From Octopus sinensis (taxonomy: Eukaryota), in NCBI RefSeq assembly GCF_006345805.1, contig NC_043011.1, positions 10,230,001 to 10,294,000 on the forward strand: 64,000 nt of DNA. Reading direction: 5' to 3'. Below are positions 12,782 to 25,589 of the stretch, piece by piece. The first letter of the stretch is position 1, and each line of letters opens with the position of its first letter. The position numbers and the translations under genes were made by a program. The notes under the pieces were generated by a model. It did not search any database. It saw nothing but the letters and a program-made list of their open reading frames with translations, and was not told the origin of the DNA.

Positions 12782-13529
12782 AAACATATACATAAAAATG
12801 CATGTGTATGCATGTATGCATCATCTGTAAATGGAATAAGAACTGTATTGGAATAAGAAGTGTGTTTATCAACATTGCAAGAAATTGTTGAAGAAATCAA
12901 TAAATCAGTTTGGTTCTTTGTCAGTAATGGAGATTCTCAAATTCCACAGACAACCTCACAGGTCTGTAATGAATACATACACACATTAAACAAGCAGATT
13001 TATTTCTGTTAAATATACATGTATGTATGTATGTATGCATGTATGTATGCATGTGTGTGTGTGTGTGTGTGTGCGTGCGTGTATGTATGTACGTGTACAC
13101 CCACACAAGTCTATTATTATATATATATATAATGTAGTTTGGAAGTGATTCACACAGCAGTGAATATTTCATAGATTTTCTTTTTAGTCCATTCCAAAGA
13201 CATGTCGGTGCCAGTGCCAACAAATCCCTTGTCTAAATACTTTGTTGACATTCCAGGCCCACCCAGGCCCATCCAGGCCCATCCAGGCCCGTAAATGCCG
13301 TGAGTTCCTGGCAGACTCTTTTGAGTGCTACAATGAACCATTTCACTCTGCAGTACCTACATGCAGATAGGTGAACGGGGTCTTCAGAAGTTGTGCGCTT
13401 TGAGTGGGATCTGAACCTAGAGACCCAATCATAGGACAAGATTCAACCATCCACGGTCTCATTGTCTGGATCCTATTAAATCAATTAATAAAGATTCTTT
13501 TCACAATCCAGAAATAATTGTTTCCAATT

Positions 13530-13690
13530 AGGGATCAGGGCCTGCAATTTTAAGGGGAAGGGGCTGGTTGATAGCAATACTTCCAGCACTTGACTGGTCC
13601 TTGATTTTATCAACCCTGAAAAGACCAAAAGCAAATCTGACCTTGGCAAGATTTAATATCACAACAGAAATGGTGAGAACAAACACTGCA
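13530..13690 (-). mobile_element. Decayed copy of the (ATT)n-tailed tRNA-SINE
   Basis: GGCCTGCAATTTTAAGGGGAAGGGGCTGGTTGAT...TTTTATCAACCCTGAAAAGACCAAAAGCAAATCTGACCTTGGCAAGATTT aligns by eye with the copies at 58077-58945. Confidence 0.6.
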
Positions 13691-14116
13691 AGACATTTCT
13701 TTCAACACTCCAATGATTCTGCCGTTGAAGCAATTCTTTTTCCAGTTAGATGCCATACCTACCAGAAATTACACATAACGATGAGGAGGAGGAGGTTGAT
13801 GGTGAAGGCAGTACTCTTATTCATGATAAAGATGATGATGATGATGCAACTAAGAATGATGCTGATGATGGTGATGTCAGAAGTTTTATATTGATTAAAG
13901 AAATGGCTCATAAAGATTCTAAAATCATTGATTGAAGAGAGTATTAATTTATCTAAGGTGAAAATATCACATTAACCTTTTGAACACTGACCTCCTCATA
14001 AGAACTGAATACACACATGCATACACACACATACACACACATGCACACACACAACAACAACAACAACAGCATTTTTATCATTTCAAGAAAATATATATAT
14101 AAGATGTGTATGTGCA

Positions 14117-15600
14117 TGTGTTGGCTGATGAGGTCTTCAAAGAGTGAAACAGGTAAAGTAAGGAGACATATTCTTGATACAATCAACTCTGATATCAGAA
14201 AAGATACAGAGGTGATTCAATGGGACTGCAGCACCAGAGTAAAGGACTGGTTCCACAGCATTGAGAATAAAGCAGCTCACAGGTTCACCCAGTTTGGTAG
14301 TGTGGATTTCTACCCTTCAGTATGGAAATCCCTCCTTCTGAGAGTTTTTGATTCTGATAGACAATTCACCAATGTCGGCAACTGCAATATCAGAATCATC
14401 ACGAATGTCAGAAGGTAAATCTTTGTTCACAATGATTACAACTGCATGAAGAAGGAAGGTGTGAGCTTCTCTGACATACCCATGGGGAGCTATGATGAAG
14501 TTGAGATTGCTGACCTCACCAGGTTACTTATCCTGGATACCCTAACGAAGTGCACACACAGCAATAGCTTGGCTTTGTATAGGGAAGATGGCCAGGCAAT
14601 CTCAAGCTATATGAACAGACACACCATGGTCAAGTTCAAGAAGGGCTTGATAAAGATCTTCTAAGAATTTTACCTGTTGATAACAGTCACTCCTAATTTG
14701 ACAAAAGGTGGATTCCTCAACATAACCCAAAACCTGAAGACTGGCAATCACTACTCCTGCATGAAACCCAACAAGGAAACTGTGTATATCCACAGAAACT
14801 CTAACCACTCCCAAGTTATTATTAGAAATCTAGTCACAGGCATACATAAAAGAATTTCTAAGCTCTTAGTGGACAGAGAGATCTTCAACAGCCTACCTCT
14901 CACCACATACACACACACATTATAACAAGGAGAGGACACCCCACTCCCAAATCTGAAGAGAACCAGAAAAAGAACAATAATTATCTACACAGCCTACAAT
15001 ACACACCACTACATGCACCTTCTGAAATCCTACCAAATGCTTGCTGGAAGGATCCTGGTTTTCAAGGACCGTGGTCTATAGAGTCACCCCACCCCCACCA
15101 TGACAACCAATAACTTGAAAGGAGTTATTCAAAGCATATTCACTCTTTCTTGGAGCAGGGATATGGAACATTCTACCTGTATGTTCCACTTTATCTGGAG
15201 CCTCACCAACTATTGGAACAACTTTCTCAGCATCGAACAGAGTTTTATTGACAGCCTCCGGCCACATCCATACACACATGCAACTCACAATTGCCAACTG
15301 TCTCCACAGGAGATTACACAGATTCCATCAATATGCAGTATCAACCAACAGGAAGAATGAATCATCTTAGTGTTGGCACCTGATAAACCAGATCTACAAC
15401 CTTCGATAGGCTTGCCTGCTCCATACTCAAGAACCTCGACCACTTGTTTACACTTCAAGTCCTATCCATGTCAATGGTCCATCCTAGTACAATCCTTCAC
15501 CATCAAATCTGGTTATTCCCAAAGAAAGGCTGTTGCCACTGAACAAAAGTATTAGTCCTACACTGGTATTGACTTCGTGTAACGATACTCTTCATACTAT
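14117..15600 (+). mobile_element. Penelope-like element (RT + GIY-YIG endonuclease), decayed; YRDD-type, probably Naiad clade
   Basis: ORF pieces: SKSETGKVRRHILDTINSDIRK...QW..TRVKDWF...QFGSVDFYPS; PMGSYDEVEIADL...LALYREDG (MGSYDGAE/GLYRDDG type); KPNKETVYIHRNSNH; C.F*NPTKCLLEGSWFSRTVVYRVT (zinc knuckle + GIY); HSTCMFHFIWSL; PYSRTSTTCL. The clade name is from recall. Confidence 0.85.
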
Positions 15601-15927
15601 GGAAGCAGCTATAAGATAATTTCACAGAAAGCCTATTAAATATTTTCCTGTATCAGTGAGTTGCTGGAAAGTGATTGTCTACAAGTGACCCCCCCACACA
15701 CACACACATTTTCTATATGCTGTATTCTCAGTTTTTTCCTGTTTCTTCTCTTATTCAATTTTCCTTTAGTTCATTGTGATATATGGTTGGTGCCTGAAGA
15801 ATATTTCTCAACATATGAATCTATTAGTAGCACTTAAAGACATGTATTGTGTCCTTTAAACAAATAATATTTATCTCTCACCAGATAAAGTACTTTTTTT
15901 GTTGAATTTTCTATCATGGAACAGTAC

Positions 15928-15929
<2 letters not shown>

Positions 15930-16001
<72 letters not shown>

Positions 16002-16764
16002 TACATATATATATATATACATATATACATATATATATATATATACATATATACACATATATATACATATATACACATATATATATATACATATATATTA
16101 TATATACATATATATTATATATATACATATATATATATACATATATATATATATACACATATATATATATACACATATATATATATATATACACATATAT
16201 ATTATATATACACATATATATAATATACACATATATATATATACACATATATATAATACACATATATATATATACACATATATATATACACATATATATA
16301 TATATATACACATTTATATAATATATACACATATATATATATAATACACATATATATATATATATACAAAATTATATATATATACACATATATATATATA
16401 CACATATATATATATATATACTATTAATATATATACACATATATATATATATACACATATATATATATACACATATATATATATACACATATATATATAT
16501 ATACACATATATATATATACACATATATAATATATACACATATATATTATATACACATATATATATATATACAATATATTATATACACATATATATATAT
16601 ATACACATATATATATATATACATATATATATACATACCATATATATATATATACATTATATATACAATATATATACATATATTATACATATATATATAT
16701 ATACATATATATATATACATTATATATATTACATATATATATATATACATTATATATAATATAC

Positions 16765-16811
<47 letters not shown>

Positions 16812-17442
16812 CATATATATAATATACATATATATATATATACATAATATATATATATATACATATATATATAATATACATATATATATATATACATATA
16901 TATAGATTATATAACTATACATATATATACATATATATATATAATATATATATACATATACATATATATAATATATATATATATTACATATACATAATAT
17001 ACATATATATATATATACATATACATATATATACATATATATATATATACATATACATATATATACATATACATATATATACATATAATATATATACATA
17101 TACATATAATACATATACATATATATACATATATATATATATACATATACATATATATATATATACATATACATTATATACATTATATATATATATACAT
17201 ATACTATAATACATATACATATACATATATATACATATATATATATATACATATACATATATATACATTAACATACATATATATACATACATATACATAT
17301 ATATACATATACATATATACATATACAATATATACATATACATATATATACATATACATATATATACATATACATATATATACATATACATATATATACA
17401 TATACATATATATACATATATATATATACATAATATATATAC

Positions 17443-17473
<31 letters not shown>

Positions 17474-17679
17474 CATATATATTATACATATAATATATAT
17501 ATATCATATATATATAATACATATATATATATACATACATATATATAATAATATACATATATATATACATACATATATATATACATATATATACATATAT
17601 ATTACATATATATATACATATATATATATATACATAATATATATTACATATATATATATATACATATAGATACATATAC

Positions 17680-17710
<31 letters not shown>

Positions 17711-17715
17711 CATAT

Positions 17716-17749
<34 letters not shown>

Positions 17750-17838
17750 CATATATATTATACATATATATATATATATATACATACATATAATATATAC
17801 ATATATATATATATATATACATTATATATATATTATAC

Positions 17839-17880
<42 letters not shown>

Positions 17881-17890
17881 AATATATATA

Positions 17891-17935
<45 letters not shown>

Positions 17936-17962
17936 ATATATATATATATACATATAAATACA

Positions 17963-17996
<34 letters not shown>

Positions 17997-18070
17997 CATT
18001 ATATATATATACATATATATATACATATATATACATATATATACATATATATATACATACATATATATAC

Positions 18071-18102
<32 letters not shown>

Positions 18103-18414
18103 ACATATACATATAATACATATACATATATTACATATATATACATATATATATATACATATATATATATTATATATACTATATATATATACATACATAT
18201 ATATATACATACATATATATATACATACATATATATATACATACATAATATATATATACATTACATAATATAATATACATACACATATTATATATATACA
18301 TTACATATATATATATATACATAATATATATATATATACATACATATATATATATACATACATACATATATATATATATACATACATATATATATATATA
18401 CATACATATATATT

Positions 18415-18459
<45 letters not shown>

Positions 18460-18546
18460 CATACATATATATATATATATACATACATATATATATATAT
18501 ACATACATATATATATACATACATATATATATACATACATATATAT

Positions 18547-18605
<59 letters not shown>
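15930..18605. repeat. ~2.7-kb (TA)n / TATACA / TATATACACA compound microsatellite
   Basis: Seen directly: pure (TA)n at both ends, interior interrupted by C almost exclusively on the + strand. Confidence 0.98.
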
Positions 18606-18606
<1 letters not shown>

Positions 18607-19017
18607 CCATCAGAACTATATGTTTTCATCTAAAGACAAGCTGGTTTACTGTAAAAGAAAGATCAATAAGAAAAAATATCAAGATATCTCTAGCTTAAGG
18701 CAAAGGAGAAACAGCTTCATAGTTACTTGATCTGCTAGAAATAGCAATCAAATTTCCTTCAAGTCATACCATACTATCACACTGAAGATTACATCTGATA
18801 AAGTATACCTAGATACACTGTGTCCAATAAAAGTTGGATGGTCATGGCTGGAACTTTGTGATCATACATGGAGTTTGAACTCACGGTTATACGACAACAA
18901 TCAAGTAAAATAACAGAAAGTACCTGGAATGGTTTGTCCAGATCATTCAAAATTTTAAAAGCCATTCTTTTACACTAAACAGATCAGCCAGGAAAGTGTG
19001 GCATTAAACTAGACATT

Positions 19018-19072
19018 ATCATCATCATCATCGTTTAACGTCCGTTCTCCATGCTAGCATGGGTTGGACGGT
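19018..19072 (-). mobile_element. Ultra-short RTE 3' tail insertion (~55 bp)
   Basis: (CAT)n-CGTTTAACGTCCGTTCTCCATGCTAGCATGGGTTGGACGG, then unrelated sequence. Confidence 0.85.
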
Positions 19073-20108
19073 AGCATTGTTAACATGTAAAACATACAGG
19101 GAATGAGATTATGTGATGTTCATGCTAACAAGTGAATTATCTTTAACTAATTATTGAGACTTAATTATGATTCAGGTTAATTGCAAGTTGACGAATGTCG
19201 TCAACAATGTTCACCTCTCCACTTGATATTAGTAATCATGATGTGTGGTGTGTGTGTGTGTGTGTGTTGATTTTAACAATATCGTACAATAACAAAACAA
19301 TACCAGACATGAAATTAGATAGAATATAAAACAAAAAGAACAAACAGGAAATGGATGTGATAATATTATTTTCATATTATTTTCATATTATTTTCATATT
19401 ATTTTCATATTATTTTCATATTATTACTAAACTATCAAAGAAGAGGCAAAAGTCGACACAATCAAATTGATGGTGAAAATAATACTTTCTCAGAGTCAAG
19501 AAACTCATTGCAAAGAAAGAACGGAACTGCTATAGAAAATAGAAACAATGTAATGTGTCTTTGACAAGAACAAATCATAATTATATACACGTGGAAACGA
19601 TTCTTAGGTAGAAGTGGCATTATTCCTCTGGTGAAAATCTTGGAATATTCTAAAGAAGAAAAAAGAATTATTTCTTGAAGAAATTTGTATACTAATTTTT
19701 TCAATGACAGTCAGAGAATCAAAACAATAATGAATGAAGTTTATGAATCTGTAGATGAATTTATAGGTCAAAGTGTGGTCTGTGATGTGGCAAATGGGTT
19801 AAAAGACAAGTTTGGTCAGAAACAGGATTCCAGTTTAATAAACTGGTAAAGACAGTCTGTGATTTTGGCTTGTTATTATTTGTAAAAACAGCTTTCAGAA
19901 AGGTACTAATTTTGCATAATGGTAATAATATACTTAGAAAATAAGAACTTAGAAAAGCAATTCACAAACAACTCTAATGTAGAAAATAAATATAGAAAAA
20001 TAGAAGTTGAAAAATCTTGGCATTTTTTATTAAATGTACATATGAGTGTGTGTTATTGTACACATTTATTAAGTATATATATATATATATATTATATATA
20101 TATACATA

Positions 20109-20522
20109 GGCGCAGGAGTGGCTGTGTGGTAAGTAGCTTGCTAACCAACCACATGGTTCTAGGTTCAGTCCCACTGTGTGGCATCTTGGGCAGGTATCTT
20201 CTGCTATAGCCCCGGCCGACCAATGCCTTGTGAGTGATTTGGTAGACGGAAACTGAAAGAAGCCTGTCATATATATGTATATATATATTATATATAGATA
20301 TAATATGTATGTGGTTTGTTTGTGTGTCTGTGTTTGTCCCCCTAGCATTGCTTGACAACCGATGCTGGTGTGTTTACGTCCCCGTCACTTAGCGGTTCGG
20401 CAAAAGAGACCGATAGGATAAGTACTGGGCTTATAAGTCCCGGGGTCGATTTGCTCAACTAAAGGTGGTGCTCCAGCATGGCCACAGTCAAATGACTGAA
20501 ACAAGTAAAAGAGTAAAAGAGT
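20109..20522 (+). mobile_element. tRNA-derived SINE with internal TA/TG microsatellite (octopus OK/OR-like)
   Basis: A-box-like TGGCTGTGTGG, B-box-like GGTTCAGTCCC, central TA/TG tract and an AAAAGAGT-repeat tail. Three more copies lie in the window. Confidence 0.85.
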
Positions 20523-20587
20523 AATAGATAGACGGCCGGGTGGACGGATGGATAGACAGACAGACAGACAGACAGACAGATAGATAT

Positions 20588-20712
20588 ATCAAAATAAGCA
20601 ACATGACATCAAGTAGTAATGCTGTACAACCGTTTCAAGAGGCTCCATTAAGTGGAACCCCTTGAAACAGTTGTACTGCATTACAACTTGATATCCTGTT
20701 GCTTATTTTGAT
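20588..20712. other. Ungapped 60-bp-arm inverted repeat (hairpin) with 5-nt loop
   Basis: Checked base by base: 20588-20647 pairs with 20653-20712 at 53/60 positions with no gaps; loop TTAAG. Confidence 0.95.
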
Positions 20713-20830
20713 TATATTTACCTTACTTTGTTTGAGCTGTGCAGATAATACCAGGCTGACTTGGTGCTTCAACTTAAGCACCTAATTCAACTGAATCTCA
20801 GTTATATATATGTGTGTATATTATATACAT

Positions 20831-21600
20831 GGAAGAGGTAGACCCAGGAAGACCTGGGATGAAGTGGTGAAGCACAGCCTTTGAACTTTAGGCCTCACCG
20901 AGGAAATGACTAGTGACCGAGAATTTTGGAAATATGCTGTGCTTGAGAAGACCCAACAAGCCAAATGGGACCGTATCTCGTGGCCTATGCCAGGGGCATA
21001 ACCAGCCCACTTATATGTTCCTTTCCTTCTTTGGACACTAAACTCTGCTTGCGAAGACCTGTTGAGGCAAGTGAAATCGAAATCAAATTTGATGACTGGC
21101 ATCCATGCTAGCAGGGTGCAAAGAGCACAATATGAACGTGATCGTTGACAGAGCGGCTGACCAGCTTCCGTGCCAGTGGTACATAAAAGGCACCATTCAA
21201 GTGTGATCGTTACCAGCATTGCCTTACTGGTACTTGTGCCCCATGCTAGTAGGGTGCCAAGAGCACTATCAGAGCATGATCGTTGCCAGAGCGGTTTGTA
21301 AAAAGCACCATTAGAGCATGATCGTTACCAGCGTTGCCATACTGGAACTTGTGCCGGTGGCATGTGTAAAGACATTTGAGCAAGGTCGTTGCCAGTACCA
21401 CCTGACTGGCCCCCATGCTGGTGGCACATAAAAGCACCCACTACACTCTCGGAGTGGTTGGCGTTAGGAAGGGCATCCAGCCATAGAAACTCTGCCAGAT
21501 CAAGACTGGAGCCTGGTGCAGCCATCAGGTTCACCAGCCCTCAGTCAAAATAATCCAACCCATGCTAGCATGGAAAGCGGACGTTAAACAACGATGATGA

Positions 21601-21603
<3 letters not shown>
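20831..21603 (+). mobile_element. RTE LINE 3' end: ORF2 terminus, full 3'UTR and (GAT)n tail
   Basis: GRGRPRKTWDEVVKHSL*TLGLTEEMTSDREFWKYAVLEKTQQAK, then a ~650-bp UTR with ~60-bp repeats ending CCATGCTAGCATGGAAAGCGGACGTTAAACAACGATGATGA. Confidence 0.9.
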
Positions 21604-21645
<42 letters not shown>

Positions 21646-22150
21646 CACACACACACACATATATATGTATTATATAAATACACATAGACACACACATATA
21701 TATATATATATATTTATACATACATACATACACAACTTGTAAGCAACAAATAGAAAAATAGCTGGAGAAGGAACACTGACCATCTGTGGAATGCCTTCAA
21801 ATTACATAACTTCTGTTTGGTGTTTCCTTTGAAACATGCATAATACATAATTCCCAACTCCATTTGCTTCATGGACAGATTTATAATTGCATAATTAGCA
21901 ACTTTTGTTGCAATACACTGGAGTTGTATAGTGGTGGTGGTCATCTCATCGGAATTTCTATCTAATATGATATGGAACAAAGTGTGTTGCATACATTGAT
22001 TAATAAACTTTATTGGTTGAGTATCATCCAACTTGTGTTGTCTGCACAAGCCATGTCTATGCTTCAGGCTAACCAACTATCTCTACCACAATAATTTTGG
22101 ATTGCACCACTATTATCATAACTGTTTTATATTTATATATATATATATAT

Positions 22151-22527
22151 GGTGGAGGTGCAATGGCCCAGTGGTTAGGGCAGTGAACTCACGGTTGTAG
22201 GATCATGGTTTCGATTCCCAGACTGGGCGCTGTGAATGTTTATTGAGCGAAAACACCTAAAGCCCTACAAGGCTCTGGCAGGGGGTAGTGGTACTCTTTC
22301 ACCACAACTTTCTCTCGCTCTTTCTTCCTGTTTCTGTTGTACCTGTATTTCAAAGGGCCAGCCTTGTCACACTCTGTGTCATGCTGAATCTCCCCAAGAA
22401 CTACATTAAGGGTACATGTGTCTGTGGAGTGCTCAGCCACTTGCATGTTAATTTCCTAAGCAGGCTGTGTTCCGCTGATCAGATCAAGTGGAACCCTTGT
22501 CATAACCGATAGAGTGCCACAACAACC
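22151..22527 (+). mobile_element. tRNA-derived SINE (head type A, tail type X)
   Basis: TGGCCCAGTGG A-box and GGTTTCGATTCCC B-box. The 3' half (TGTATTTCAAAGGG...AAGGGTAC...) is shared with 36892-37216. Confidence 0.85.
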
Positions 22528-22689
22528 ACTGCTGATTGGTTGGTGTTAGGAAGGGCATCAACTGTAAAAATCCCACCAAAACAGTCACAGAAGTCTTGTG
22601 CAAGCTTCAGCCTGGCTGGCTCTTGTAAAACCATCCTACCCGCGCTAGCATGGAACACGGACATTAAATGATGATGATGATGATGATGA
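22528..22689 (+). mobile_element. RTE 3'UTR fragment with (GAT)n tail
   Basis: GGTTGGTGTTAGGAAGGGCATC...CCGCGCTAGCATGGAACACGGACATTAAATGATGATG. Confidence 0.8.
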
Positions 22690-23072
22690 GAAGGAGGAGG
22701 ATATAAACACACACACACATATATATATATACACATATATATATATACATACATACACACATATATACATCTGTACATCATTAATAGTTATCAATACATT
22801 TTTCAAACAAGTTTAACCTCAACTTTCTATATTTCTGTCCATAAATATTACATTTATTTGCCACAAACAAAATTTTTCCTTTTCACATTCAATATTCATG
22901 ATAAATTAATTCACATATTTCAAACTCCAATTTCCCTGAAAAGCAGTTCAATTTTTTATGCAAACAAAATTTACTTTTATCATCATTACTGATACATAAA
23001 TGTTTGTGTGTGTGTGTGTGTGTGTGTGTGAGTGCAAAACACACACACACACACGTAGAAAAACATCACTCC

Positions 23073-23110
<38 letters not shown>

Positions 23111-23997
23111 ATTTCCAAGTAATTATATATATATATTATATAATAATATAATATAATATAATATAATATAATATAAACGGACGCTAAACATCGTTTAAAC
23201 GGACGCTAAACGATGATGAGTATAACTTAATATAATAAGGATAGTAGAAGCAGATGAATGACTTGTGATAGCAGCGAAAGCTGTATTCTAAAATGCAATG
23301 AGCAATGAATTTAGTATTCCAGTTGGCGTCCAGCAAGATTCCATTTTCAGCCCCACCTTTTTATTAAACTAGTTTTCATATCTGATGACCTAATTGTTGT
23401 AGCTTTGACCTACTTGCTCTATCTGATGACCCAATTCCTACATCGAATGACCTAGTTCTTACAGGGGGAAATTAGGGAACCTATTATTATTTCTATATTA
23501 ACTTTTCCTCGTGTTAAGATGATCTGCATGAAGCAGCAGACAGGACTCCCTCAAATCACACCTTACCAACAGACGCACATAGACGTTTGTGTGTGTGTGT
23601 GTGCGTGTGTGAGTGGTATATTCAACAAAAAGGGGACAATAAACTAATGACAGGAAGCAAAAAAAATCTAACATTTTGGATAGAATCTTTCTTCGGGGAA
23701 AAGTTGATGAGAGTGAAATAAATTTCCTGAAGAATGATTTTGTGTGAAATGTTTGCTTTTTCCGCTGCCCACAGCAAAGGCCCTTCTAGTATTTTGGTCA
23801 ATTTTACTAACTACTACCCCTCATGCCAACACGTGCTAGCCACACTGTCTTTGGATTTTGTTCTATCAAACACATATTATATTTACACACACACATACAG
23901 ACATACATATATATATATATGTATCACCACACACACACACAATATGTATGTATACATAAAAGTACTTACACATACATATATATATATATATGTATAT

Positions 23998-24029
<32 letters not shown>

Positions 24030-25589
24030 TAGGTAGATAGATACTTATACATATATATATATACAAATACACAAATGTATGTATATATATACACACACAA
24101 ACAAAGATATACACACACACAGACACACTCATACATATGGCAAACAGCTTCCCCCCTTTCAACCAGGTTTCATTAAATATACAACTGTGCTCAACTTTCA
24201 GTTTTATATTTTAGATTTTTTAAAATTTTCTATTTCCTTTTTTACAGATAGTTTTGAAGATAGAGTTCCTAAATTTATATTCAATATTCCCAGACCTTTG
24301 AATTCAACAAGTATATAGAACAAACAACACAAACACAAAAATATATTCAGTTCTTAAAAATGAAATTGTGAATGTCTGGAAACACCGAATATCAATTTAG
24401 GAACTTCATTGTTCCAAAACTAATATGAAAAAGATCTGAAATAAAATACATAAAACTTAAACCCAGTGATGTCTTCCATGACATATATACATGTGCGTGT
24501 ATGTATATATGTATATAGGTATATATATATGTATGTATACACACACACACATCTGTATGTGTAGATGTATAGATTCTGTTATTTCTAGTATTGTTACATA
24601 TTTAGCTCTGCGCTATATTCTATTAAGCTCAATATGAAGACATCAAGCAGTCCAATGATATAAGCAATCATGCACCGGTCAGATGTGGCAATATAAAGAG
24701 CAAGGTTGGGTGCAGCTGAGGAGAGTAGGAGGAGAGGAGAAAAGGCAGTGGTGAGAGGGTGCCTGAGCATACTGCAAAGGTACGAAAAGGTGAAGACAAG
24801 GGGGAGGGACTATAGAGAGTGGATCAGAAAGGAGGGTAAGGGTGAGTAATTTCATCAGTGGGAAGAGTGAGAGAGAGAGAGAGAGAGAGAGCAGGTTAGG
24901 AATGGGGGGAGAGAGGTGAATGTGGTGAGTGATGAACATGAGTGGAGTTGAGGTTGATGGTGGACATTAGTGTGGATGGGAGGGGAAATAAAAGAGAGAG
25001 ACATGGCTCGGGGAAGGAGGAGAAGGTGACAAGCAGTAGTAGTAGTAGTAGAGGGAGTGTGGAGCAGCAGCAGCAGCAGCAGCAGTATCTTCAATCTGTT
25101 GATAGTTCAGAAAATAGGGAGAGGATATAGAGAGTGTGAGAGCAATGAAGGTCAGGGACACATGAGGGGGGTGGGGGCTATGGTGAGTGGGGGGGAGGCA
25201 TTGATAGCATATTTGAGAAGGTGTTAAGGACAATATTGGATAGGAGAGGTATTGAAGAAGAAGAGGTATAAGATGCAGGGAGGGAGAGAGAAAGAGAGAG
25301 AACTGCAGACACAGAAAGGGGGTGGTTGGTGGGAATGAGAATGAGAGATGGAGTTGAAAAGGAAGGAATTAGAGGGGGAGGAGGAGGAGGTAACTGATTG
25401 GGTGAGACCTGTGCTGATTCTTCTCTCAAATAATTACAGCAGAGGGTAGTGCCATAGTTAGGACAGTGATGGAGGGATGCATGTTAGGAAGATGAGATAT
25501 GGAGCAAAGTTGATGTTGACAGATTGAGCACTGAACCTTATCAGGGACAGATTTAAGCATAATATTTTAAACCCATCCCTTTTGTTACA

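Noticed and set aside
13187-13440. Acceptor plus Cys-rich reading frame with a 10-bp CCAGGCCCAT tandem
   Set aside because: The frames close without a donor. The minus strand has a decayed B-box-like GGTTCAGATCCC, so an old SINE is more likely; too uncertain to annotate.
14125-14150. Hammerhead-ribozyme-like CTGATGAG...GAAAC at the start of the Penelope-like element
   Set aside because: It lies in frame within the RT coding region (LMRSSKSETGKV, equivalent to recalled LINPxKSExGKV). Stem II has a G:G mismatch and no stem I can be drawn.
15834-18629. Long Ile/Tyr-rich ORFs
   Set aside because: Translations of (TA)n/(TACA)n sequence.
19187-19205. Perfect 8-bp stem GTTGACGA-ATG-TCGTCAAC next to TAAT-rich sequence
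   Set aside because: Short enough to arise by chance in 64 kb, with no supporting context.
21714-22076. 120-aa minus ORF in unique AT-rich DNA
   Set aside because: No recognisable domain or splice signals, and it runs into a microsatellite.
24249-24318. Strong acceptor followed by DSFEDRVPKFIFNIPRPLNSTSI*
   Set aside because: It coincides with one arm of a decayed inverted repeat, the donor is weak, and the peptide is unrecognised.
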